This document shows positions 39,201-48,932 of a DNA stretch of 64,000 bases, in pieces; the first letter of the stretch is position 1, and every line of letters starts with the position of its first letter. The stretch is from Octopus sinensis (lineage: Eukaryota), in NCBI RefSeq assembly GCF_006345805.1, contig NC_043012.1:3782001-3846000 (forward strand), given 5' to 3'. Below the pieces are notes generated by a model. It did no database searches, was not told the origin of the DNA, and saw only the letters and a list, made by a program, of their open reading frames with translations. A program made the position numbers and the translations under genes.

Positions 39201-42200
39201 ATTAGAAAGAATTAGAAGGCAGAAAACTGGTAGAATCATTATAATACCAGACAAAATGTTTGGCAGTATTTCTTCCAGTTTTTTGAGTTCAAATACTGTC
39301 AAAGTTGACTTTACCTTTCATCCATGAAATAAATGCCATTTGAACACAGGGGTCAATGTACTCAGCTAACCCCTTCCCCATAAAAAAAATTCCTGGTTTT
39401 GTACCCAAATTTGAAGGAATTATTGTTTTCTTGGCAATATTGTATATTTATTTGCTATCATGGTTGATTAGAATTAATCTTATTTATATCTATGGCTCAA
39501 AAAATGTTCTTTCAAAACATTTAAATTGTCTTAACATTTATATCTTTCTTGCTTTTTTCTTCATTTATCTTATTAGTTTTTTTTTGTTTTTTTCTTTTTT
39601 CAAATTTTATTTTCTTTGAAAGGTTCAAGAATTAGAATCTTTACCAATGTCTTCAGAACAAAGTAATAATTTAGTAAAAGCAGAACTGTCACAAGTAACT
39701 TCTCGTTTAAACCAGGTGCAATTAGATTCCTCAAACAAGATGCAGGTAAAATGGCTACATTCTATATTGTATGTGTGTGTGTAGTTGTGTTTGCTCCACC
39801 AACATCACGAGACGTAGAATAGTTTCCAAACTGAAAAATAAATACTAGGTCTGTTTGACTAAACCTTTGAAGGTGATGCCCCAGCAAGGCCGTAGTCCAA
39901 TGACTGAAACAAGCAAAAGAATCGTCAGGAATTGTTAATCATATTTCTTAGTTTCTTAATTCAAAGAGTTCAATGTATTTTTCGGGATTCTCCGTGATTC
40001 GGGGTACAATGGAATAGGTTTAATGTGGCTAACATTTAACAAGAATTAACATGCATGCTAATAATTTGGATGGGAGAATGTAAAAAAAAAAAAAGAGTTG
40101 ACTTCCTATAGGAAGCAGTTTTTGTAAGGAACAATTGAGAGAATTATTTAGTATGGAGTTCTGAGGAATGTAAGATGCAGTTGGGGTGTAAAGAGCAGTG
40201 GAGGACGGGATGCAGCACATGAAATTGGTTTAGCTGAGAGTGGTCAGTATATTCAGTAAATACAGTGGTCAGTATATTTAGTAGAGTAGAAGCTGTTAAA
40301 GTAGTAATGAAAGTATTAAAAGAGAGGACAAAGCGAGTTTAGTGGATGTGGAATACCGCAAAGGGGAGTCTGGTGGACAGCCAGTCGTTAGTTGTGATAT
40401 AGAATGTGGTTTTAATTAACCCTTTCGTTACTGTATTTATTTTGAGATGCTCTGTATTTCTTTCAATTACTTTAAAAAAACAAAGAATTTAGTAAAATAA
40501 CTTAGTTATCATTAAGCTAGTGTTAGGAACATAAATTGTGACTGAGGTTTGGTGGAAGATTTTAATTCAAAACTTATGAAAACATAAGGGGCGGTTTCAG
40601 CCGGTTTGGTAATGAAAGGGTTAATGTTTGCCTTTACTCATCATCACTGTACTTAACTCCATGTCCCCCTACATGGCCTTGCTATTTGCTTTTGAGCCAA
40701 ATTAACTAACTAACTAGTTTTCTTTGATTTAGAACTAGCTTTGAAAACCTGTTTATTGTTGAATTTGATTCAGTTTATTCCTGGTCAGTCAAATAGTCTG
40801 ATAGTCTAGACATTTAGTCTAATAGGCATAGCTGTGTGGTTAGGAAATTCACTTCATAATGTTATGGTTTGGGGTTTAGTTCCACTGCGCAGCACCTTGG
40901 GCAAGTGTCTTCTATAGCCTCAGGCTGACCAATGCTTTGTGAGTGAAATTTGATTTACTAAAGAAGCCTGTCATATATCTGGGCGTGTGTGTTTGAATCT
41001 GCATGTCGTTGCATGGACGGTACTTCAGAGGAGACTTTGTACATGTCTCCCAGTTACACATCGACATATGAAGATGTGAAATGAAAGACTTTACTTGAAA
41101 AACAAGTAAAGGGCTGGTGACAAGAAGGGTATCTAGCCACAATGTATTACCCCAAAAAGTCTTGTCCAACCTTTACCAGCATGGGAAAAGTGGATGCAAA
41201 AATGGTGATGATAATGTTGATTAGTAGTTATCGACTACAGCTCCCAGGGCTGCATGTAGCCCTCAAGCATCCTTATGGCTGCCCCCGACAGTCTTCTCTC
41301 TATAAATATAAATTTTCCTTTAATTGATTTGTGTTTTACTTTTTTTTGGTGTGGCCCTTTGAAAAGATCCAGGTTTTGGATGTAGCCCAGATATTAAAAA
41401 GGTTGCGAACTAATGATGTTGATGATGTGTCTAATGGGTTTCTTTTTCATTGTTTCACAGGAAATTGAACTTCTTCATCGACGTATTAAGGAATTATCAA
41501 ATGCAGAAGCTGAAAATGCTATTCTCCAGGCTAAAATACAGGTAAGATTAATAAATAAATACAAATCTAAACAAATTCTTGTGACCTCTTTTGTATTGAT
41601 AAAGCAGGCAAGTATGCACAACTAAAGGATTAAGGCTAACCAGGCAACCAGCTGTGTGGTCAACAATCTAAAAGTTGTTCATCAACTTTTATGTTTGAGT
41701 CTCAGACCAAGAGACTTGACTCTCAAATGAACCAATCTGTCTATAAATAAGTCCCATGGAGTAGGGACAGCAAGTTGCGGCAAACTGTGACAAAAGTCAT
41801 CTGTGAAGGCCTGAAATTTTGTCCAGAATGAGGGTTGCTTCTGGTTCTTTTTAACACCACAGAAACTAGGGATAAACAATGAGTTCAGTCAAACACGTGA
41901 ACGGACAATAACTTATCAGTACTGTTCATATTTTTTTTTCTTAATTTTTATTATATACATATAGCATTTTTATATTATATACATTTTAAAGAAAAGTAAA
42001 TTTCGTCGTAGAGAATTACGACTATATATTTTAACTATCTAATTTCTCATTCTAGCTAATATTAAATTTCAACAATTCAAACAAGACTTGTTGGATTTTC
42101 TTTGGACATGGCATGAAAAATCACCAATGTCTCAAAGGAGTGAGTGTCATGGAGTTTAGTTACATCCAACAAACACTGAAGTTTTTCCCCAAATCCAGGG

Positions 42201-44152
42201 TTTTTATAACTGCTCAACTTGACTTTAAAGAATCGAAATTACATACAAATATTCAAGTAACTCTTAGAATTCCTATATGAGCAGTTATATTAACCAATGG
42301 AAAAACGACAATCAAATTTCTTCGGTAATATGACATTACGTCATATTACCAGCTACCACAAATTGGCGCCTTATTTAAAAATGGCTACTTGCTACACTTT
42401 TAACACCACAGAAACTAGGGATAAACAATGAGTTCAGTCAAACACGTGAACGGACAATGACTTATCAGTACTGTTCATATTATGATGATGTTGGCAAAAC
42501 TGTTTGGTTATTTCCTTTTTGTTCTTCACCATTTGGCAAAATGTTTTTGTGCTGAGTCAAAGCTTATCCCTGTTAACATGATATTAACTACTTCAGAAAT
42601 GCCTCCCTTCTCTTTAAGTACAATGCCAATCTTTCCTGGTATTAAGCAATTAAGAAACATATACACACACACTCTCTCTCTCTCTCTCCTGTTGTTGATA
42701 AAACTCCCCCCCCCTGAGTACAATGATACCCACGTCTAGTTCTTTTTTCACCAAGGACCTTCTCTTTAATAATGGAAGCTAATGATTAATATGCTAATAT
42801 ATGACAATAAGCTTATTCTGTACAGAGTTAAGGTGCGTTACAACTCATCAGAAAAGAGTAAGAGAGGAGAGAGAGAGAAAGCAACGATAAGTCATGTAAA
42901 GAAGGACCACAGTGAAAGCAAAAAGTACATGTCTTGTACTCAGAATAAAACAAAAAAAAATAGAGAAAATTGAACAGAAAAAGATCCAGAAAAGAAGAAA
43001 GGATGTACTGGCTAATTAGACCTATTGTTAACAAATTCCAGGAAGCATGGAATTTTTGAAAGATGCAGTGTCCTGACAACTAACAACCAAAATAGATAGT
43101 TTATTCTGGGCTTCACCAATTTGAAAGTCATGAGTGCTCAACTGGTTTTTATTCTATTCACCCCAAAAAGATGAAAGGCAAAGTTGACCTTGGTGGGATT
43201 TGAACTCGAAATGTAAAGAAGGTCAAAATGTTGTCATGCATTTTTGCCTGGCATGCTAACTGTTCTGCCAGCACACTGCTTTTTAAAAGACATTAAGAAA
43301 TTCTTTTATTCTTTTACTTGTTTCAGTAATTTGACTGTGGCCATACTGCAGCACCACCTCGAAGGGTTTTAGTAAAACAAATCTATCCCAGAATTTATTT
43401 TTAAAGCCTAGTACTTATTCTGGTGGTCTTTTGCCAAACCGTTATGTTATGGGGATGTAAACACACCAACACAAAGACACACACACCTAGATACACCTCT
43501 CTCTCTCTCTATTTATATATATATATATAGTAGTTATACAGTAGTTATGGAGCCATTGCAGATGCCGCAGATATATATATATCTGTGGCATCTGCAATGG
43601 CTCCATAACTACTGTCTTGGCTATAACCTTGGAGCCCTAGCGTACTTAATTGTTTAGATCACTTGTGAACTAAACCCCCATACTTTGTGTGTGTGTGTGT
43701 GTATATATACACACACACGCACACACACACACACAATGTCTTCTTTCAGTTTCCATCTACTAAATCCACTTGCAAGGTTTTTGTCGGCCTGAGGCTATAA
43801 CAGAAGACACTTGCCCATGTTGCCACACAGTGGGACTGAACCCGGAACTATGTGAGTGGGAAACAAGCTTCTAACCACACAGCCACACCTGTAAATTGAC
43901 AAAATTTTTATATCTTTGTGTCATAAAAACCTTTCCATTTCTTTTCTTTTGCAGAAAATAGATGCTGATAAAGAGAAAGCTACTGTGAAAGCCGAAAATC
44001 TACAGCGATTATTGAACGAAGCGAAATCCACTTATGAACTCGAGAATAACGAAGTACTTGAATTACACAACCAGCTTAGCAAGCAGCTGAAAGAATCATT
44101 GGAACTGCAGGAACTTATTGTTGCTACTGTGAAGAGAGAATCTCAAAGTTAA
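14077..44152 (+). CDS. Homer: Homer scaffold protein (EVH1 + coiled coil), 5'-partial; join(14077..14208,14952..15113,34843..34973,38159..38315,39623..39745,41461..41541,43955..44152)
   Basis: Seven AG/GT-bounded exons splice in frame (132+162+131+157+123+81+198=984 nt). The translation contains Homer signatures [36 protein letters not shown] and [41 protein letters not shown]. The 132, 157 and 81 nt exons match vertebrate HOMER1 exon sizes as I recall them. Confidence 0.96.
14952..15113 (+). CDS. Homer: Homer exon, end of EVH1 helix and linker ([14 protein letters not shown]...RTSSLSSLP)
   Basis: TTTCAG acceptor, GTAAGT donor at 15114, 54 codons, phase 0-0. FxxxFxEVK matches the end of the Homer EVH1 domain. 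Confidence 0.92.
15790..16175 (-). pseudogene. CR1-type LINE 3' end
   Basis: Minus frame reads SGHAYK...[22 protein letters not shown], the CR1 ORF2 C-terminal signature. Confidence 0.7.
16285..16696 (+). mobile_element. SINE family A, full length
   Basis: Colinear with 9349-9743. Confidence 0.9.
17842..18243. mobile_element. hAT-type MITE
   Basis: Imperfect TIRs CAGGGCCAGATTAA / TTAATCCAGCACAG. 8-bp flanks GTCCCCAC (17834-41) and GTCACCAC (18244-51). Confidence 0.7.
19325..19906 (-). mobile_element. SINE family A interrupted by an opposite-strand SINE-B fragment (about 19510-19683)
   Basis: A-tail and A-head flank a + strand B segment. Confidence 0.8.
20615..20879 (+). mobile_element. Short non-coding retroposon sharing its 3' end with the RTE relics at 55902 and 59936
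   Basis: Ends GTCTCGACCACGGTCGAACAATGATGATGATG, the reverse complement of 59937-59970. The 5' boundary is approximate. Confidence 0.6.
21581..22149. mobile_element. Foldback element (arms about 21581-21806 / 21922-22149)
   Basis: About 225-bp imperfect inverted repeat around a (GT)n-containing spacer. Same family as 6071-6409. Confidence 0.8.
22172..22582 (-). mobile_element. SINE-B with a tandemly duplicated 3' part, inserted as one unit
   Basis: Flanked by TGTTTCA(A/G)CACAGGAATCTT at 22152-22171 and 22583-22602. Confidence 0.8.
25944..26263 (+). mobile_element. SINE family E, 5'-truncated; related tail at about 8870-9045
   Basis: Nearly identical to the reverse complement of 33852-34145. 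Confidence 0.85.
27050..28223 (-). mobile_element. Tc1/mariner DD37D (maT-type) transposon relic
   Basis: [11 protein letters not shown] helix-turn-helix, WFFSD, and QQDSAPCH...SPDCNPF(H)YYVWG with 37 residues between the 2nd Asp and the 3rd catalytic position (now His). Stops and frameshifts present. One end TA-CAGGGTG at 28225-28217; the other TIR was not found. Confidence 0.85.
29909..29955 (+). ncRNA. Minimal type-I hammerhead ribozyme motif, core intact, sense to the Homer pre-mRNA
   Basis: AAAAC-UGU-CUGAUGA-ACG-gcaa-CGA-GAAA-CUC-a-GAGU-A|ACA-AA-UUUU. The first stem II pair is an A.A mismatch. Confidence 0.6.
30775..30822 (+). CDS. Candidate alternative cassette exon of Homer ([16 protein letters not shown])
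   Basis: Long pyrimidine tract + GCAG acceptor, GTAAGA donor at 30823. 48 nt, stop-free in phase 0-0, matching the host intron. No homology support. Confidence 0.45.
31344..31455. mobile_element. Tigger/pogo-type MITE (112 bp)
   Basis: TIR CAGTAGTACCTCAG / CTGAGGTACTACTG with TA on both sides. Confidence 0.8.
33852..34210 (-). mobile_element. SINE family E, full length with tRNA-like head
   Basis: Head GGAGGCGCAATGGCCCAGTGGTTAGGGCAGCGGACTCGCGG...TTCGATTCCC (A and B boxes), CpG-rich so probably young. Confidence 0.85.
34843..34973 (+). CDS. Homer: Homer exon ([13 protein letters not shown]...[17 protein letters not shown])
   Basis: TTCTTCTTCCAG acceptor, GTAAGT donor at 34974, phase 0-2. 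Confidence 0.95.
38159..38315 (+). CDS. Homer: Homer exon, coiled coil ([15 protein letters not shown]...EENARLKKR)
   Basis: TTTTAG acceptor, GTACGA donor, 157 nt, phase 2-0, highly conserved Homer motif. Confidence 0.97.
39623..39745 (+). CDS. Homer: Homer exon, coiled coil ([13 protein letters not shown]...LDSSNKMQ)
   Basis: Long T-rich tract + AAG acceptor, CAG|GTAAAA donor, 41 codons, phase 0-0. Starts VxELE like vertebrate Homer. Confidence 0.88.
40420..40620. mobile_element. piggyBac-type MITE (201 bp)
   Basis: TTAA at 40416-19 and 40621-24. TIR CCCTTTCGTTAC / GTAATGAAAGGG. Confidence 0.85.
41461..41541 (+). CDS. Homer: Homer exon, coiled coil ([27 protein letters not shown])
   Basis: TTTCACAG acceptor, CAG|GTAAGA donor, 81 nt, phase 0-0. 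Confidence 0.92.
41849..42481. repeat. 84-bp direct repeats (41849-41932, 42398-42481) flanking a 465-bp unique segment
   Basis: The two copies differ at one position. Confidence 0.9.
43538..43615. repeat. 78-nt near-perfect palindrome with (AT)n centre
   Basis: ACAGTAGTTATGGAGCCATTGCAGATGCCGCAG-(AT)6-CTGTGGCATCTGCAATGGCTCCATAACTACTGT, one G.T pair. Confidence 0.95.
43955..44152 (+). CDS. Homer: Homer last coding exon (KIDADKEKA...ATVKRESQS*)
   Basis: Strong pyrimidine tract + GCAG acceptor, heptad-rich 65 aa, TAA at 44150-44152. Confidence 0.9.
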   Translation, partial: KIDADKEKATVKAENLQRLLNEAKSTYELENNEVLELHNQLSKQLKESLELQELIVATVKRESQS

Positions 44153-44688
44153 CAACAAACTATCTCCGAAAGGATTGTGGCCGAGATTGTTTGTTTTGAC
44201 ACTGCTTTGAATATCTGTGCAATAGCTGTGTGTTTTGTTGGCTGTGAATGACACATTGATATCAGCTATCAATAACCGCTATGTTCACAGGATAAGTGTT
44301 GACTAAACTATAGTGAACAATATAAAGCAGGTGTTTACCTGATGGTGTAATTAAAGGTGTTGATCTGAGTCAAAGTTGACTCAGACAACAATAACAGCAA
44401 CAACAACAACAAAATTATTTTTTAATATGAGTATAGCATAAATTGTAAAAAAAAATAATCAAAAAATAACATTGCTTTAAAAGAAAAGGAATTTTCGACA
44501 ATTAGAAGAATGTATGATTTTTGAAGAGAGATAAAACATTTCTACATTTTTTATACTTAACTGTGGGTCAAAAGAGTGCTCAAAATTAATTTTTCTTTTT
44601 TAAATATGTGTGTGAATGTGTATGACTGGTTGTGTGTTTAATGCTACACAGGAAAAACTAACAAAAACATGGCAATAGAAAAGTGATT

Positions 44689-44725
<37 letters not shown>

Positions 44726-47431
44726 GAATATGTTGCATGTAATCATATGAAGAACATGTGTTACTAGAGACAGGAGGGTGTGTGCACTCAAAGAATGGAC
44801 AGCGGTACTGTCCATGTGTGTGTGTTTGTGTAAGAGAAAGGGAAAGAAAAAAGTGAATTTACATGTTGCGTATGTTGTAACTAAGAACTAGAACAACTGA
44901 AGAAGAAGAAGAAGAAAAAAAACTGTTTGATCTGCCTTCTCTCCTTTTTTCACGTTTTGGTTTTATTTTTGCTTTCCTTTGTACCAAAACAAATTCTTCT
45001 TTCAGAGAAAGAAGAAATGAATATAGAAGTGTGTGTGTGTGTGTAGCTTGATGAATGCTTGTATTTACCAGCAAATGTAAAAGTACTCAATACATATAAA
45101 ATAGACTGTATATTTTATTACTTCTTACATTTACAATGCCTGCAACGATTCAAGAAGCTTCAGCTTCAAATAATAATGATAATAATAATAATAATAGCAA
45201 CACATACACACACATTCACACACAGTGTTGGCGCCATGATAAAATATATATCCAGTACACTCTGTTAAGTGGTTGGTGACAAAAGGGACATTCAGCCATA
45301 GAAGTCACACCACGCATGAAACATAATAGCAAGTCATGGTCCTCCACACCATCTCGGAAGGCAGTAACTCTGAATAAGAACTGACTCAGAATGTGACAAC
45401 CCGTCCAACCCATGCCAGCATGGAAAGCAGGCATAAAATGATGACTATGATGATTAGACTTTAAGTACACTTTAGCTTATAGCATAGGGGTTTTCAATCC
45501 GAAATTGAACCTTGGTTTTGAAGTTTAATATATTTGGCTCATAAAAGTACTTGACAACAATTGATTACACATGTGATTTGTGTGAAATATTACTCATTTA
45601 AGCTGAAACTTCCAGAATTTTATATTACTCTATTTCATTGTATTGAATTCTTCTTGGTTTTTTTTTTGTTTTTGCTGGATTGTTTATATCATTGTGTATT
45701 TCCTTTCTGTATCTGTGTGTATGTGTGTGCATATACAAACGTTGTTTGTGTGTGTATAGACAGATTGATAGATGGATCGAATTTGCTGTGGTAAAGTTAT
45801 ACAAATACACACACTCTCACATATATCAATATGTACACATACACACATAGGGCAATTATAGGTAGTTAAAAGAATAGAAATAAGGGCCACTACGATACAA
45901 TTTTCAATTCCAGATATTGTTAACAATTGATATTTTGACATCACAAATGCCATATTCATAGCTCGTAAGACAAATACAAAAAAATAATGGACAAATCAGT
46001 ATAACAAGACATTTGATGTAATTCCACTGTCTAGCCATGTATCTTCCTTCTCCGTAGGCTTTCAGGACATAAAAATGTTCAAACAAGCTTTCATTCAGAA
46101 ATTCTTCCCAAGGCAAATGACATATCTATACATGATGTCTGTTACGAAAATTTCTCGCTCCATGTCTTTCTTATAAATGTCTGTAGGGTATAGCTCTCCT
46201 CTCTCACACCAACACATTATGTTAAGAACAGTATGTTTCTCTCTTCTTCCTCTTTCTTATCTGTCTCTCTTCCTCCTTGTCTCTCTCTCTCTCTCTCAGA
46301 TTTGGTTGTGATGCCAACAATTTGTACCCCACTTTTTTTTTGCCACCTCCCTCTCTCTTTATCAGTATACCTAAATTGTTGGGCCAGTGATTAATTTGTA
46401 ATTGATAAGTTTATATGGAGCATTTTAGAAGTGCTGCTAAACATATATAACCTTGCTTGGAAATGGGTGAGGGTTGGCAACAGGAAGAACATCCAGTTGT
46501 AGAAAATCTCCCTCAACAAATTCTGCTGATCCATGCAAGCACAAAAACTTGATGAGCATTAATCAATGATATGTGTGTGTGTGCATGCATGTGTGATCTT
46601 TCTATTTATCTATGTATCCAGATTTGTGTGTATGTATGTATGTGTAATATATATATATATATATATATTAAAAAATGAGTAGGGATGGTTTTTTGGTGGA
46701 GATTATTTTGATTTTAATCTTAATGATGTAAACATTATTATTAAAATAAAAATTATCCCCCCCAAAAAGCGATCTCTACTCACTTTTTAAAATATATATA
46801 TGATATACCAAGAACTTTCTTTTTATTATTCTACTATATATATATATATATAATATATATATATATATACATACATACATAGAGAGTGGTGGCAAGCTGG
46901 CAGAGTCATTAGCATGCTAGCCAAAATGCTTGGAAGCTGTCTTTAACTACACACATGCACACGCATACATATAAGTGTTTATCTCTCTATCTGTGTGTGT
47001 ATAGATAGGTAGATAGATAGATATGTTGGTTAGTTGGGTGATGTTTGCATGTGAAATGATTATGAAAGGAAGAGGTATAGAAATTCAAATTATACCATTT
47101 ATATATGAAATACAAACAACTACGATTGCTTTATCTGAAGTTGAATGAGTTAAGAGCTTGTTTCATGTGTGAAGTTGTTGTGAGTTGTGAGAGCTTCACT
47201 GTAACATTGTGTGTGTGTGTGTGGTGGTCTGTCTGTCTGTGCTAGTATAAAATATTTCAGTTTGTGTCTAATCATTGCATGTGGTGAAATAACACCAGTG
47301 TTGTTTGCTTTCCATGTTTCTATTGCCCCCACCTTTTTGTTCCTTGACCACTGTCTCTACAGTAGCAGAAAATGTTAGATTTTCTTTACCAATTTCCACT
47401 CTTCTTACATTATTATTATTATCAAAATTCT

Positions 47432-48932
47432 AAGGTGTTGAGCTGGCAGAATCATTAGCACGCCAGACAAAATGCTTTGTGGCATTCCATCTCTCTTTAT
47501 GTTCTGAATTCAAATTCCACTGAAGTCGACTTTGCCTTTCACCCTTTCGGGGTAAATAAATTAAGTACCAGTGGAACACTGGGGGTCAATGTAATCAACT
47601 AGTCCCCTCCCCACAAATTTCAGGCCTTGTGCCTATAATAGAAAGGATTATTATTATTATTATAGTAGCGAGCTGGCAGAATCATTAGCATACCGGACAA
47701 GTGCTTAGCAGCATTTTATCTGTCTTCACATTCTGAGTTCAAATTCCACTGAGGTCATCATTGCCTTTTGTTATTTAAGGGTTGATAAATTAAGTACCAA
47801 TGGAACACTGGGGTCGATGTAATTGACTAGTCCAATCCCACTAAATTTCAGGTCATGTGTCTTTAGTAGAAAGGATTATTATTATTATTATCATTATCAT
47901 TATTATTAAGGTTGTGAGCTGGCAGAATCATTAGCATACCGGACAAAATGCATACTGGCATTTTGTTTCTTTATGTTCTGAGTTCAAATTCTGCTGAGGT
48001 CGGTAAATTTTGTCTTTCATCCTTTCAGAGTTGATAAAATAAGTACCAGTCTAGTACTGGGGGTCAATACAATCAATTAGCACCTTACCCAAAAATTTCA
48101 GGCCTTATGCCTATAGTAGACATAATTCTTTTCTATTCTTGGCACAAGGCCTGAAATTTTGGAGGAGGCGGGCCAGTCGATTAGATCAACCCCAATACGC
48201 AATTGGAACTTAATTTATAGACCCTGAAAGGATGAAAGTCAAAGTTGACTTAGGCAGAATTTGAACTCAGAACGTAAAGACAGATGAAATACTGCGGAGC
48301 ATTTCACCCGGCTTGCTAACGTTTCTACCAGCTCACCGGCTTTAAAGAAAGTATTATTACTATTATTATTATTAGGTTAGTAAGTTGGTAGAACCATTAT
48401 GGCACAGGATGGAATGCATAGTGGTGTTTCTCCCAGTTTTATGTTTGGAGTTCAAGTATCACCAAGGTTGACCAAGGAGTCATAGGGTCAACTGATCCCT
48501 TCCCCCAAATTTCTGGCCTTGTGCCTCTAGTAAAAAGGATTATTATGTAGTTGTAGTAGTAGTATTAAGGTGGCAAGCATGGTAGAATCATTGGAGCATC
48601 AGAGAAAATGCTTTGTTGTATACATTCCATCTTTTTATATTCTGAGTTCAAATCCCATGGAGCCAACTTTGCCTGTCATTTCTGTGGGGTCAACAAAGTA
48701 CCAGTTTAGCACTGGAGTTGATGTAATTGTCTTCCCCCTACTCTTGAAGTTGCTGGCCTTGTGACAAAATTACAAAGAATTATTATAATTATTATTATTA
48801 TTATTCCGCTACGGTCAACTTAGCCTTTCATCCTTTCGGGATCAATAAATTAAGTACCAGTTGAACCCTGGGGTGATATAATTGACTAGTTCCCTCCCAT
48901 AAAATTTCAGGCCTTATGCCTTTAGTAGGATT
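47432..48932 (+). repeat. Cluster of about 7 SINE-B copies separated mostly by (ATT)n, one inverted (48127-48343)
   Basis: Units start near 47432, 47663, 47908, 48374, 48567 and 48812. Smaller clusters at 24909-25660 and 38890-39420. Confidence 0.85.
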
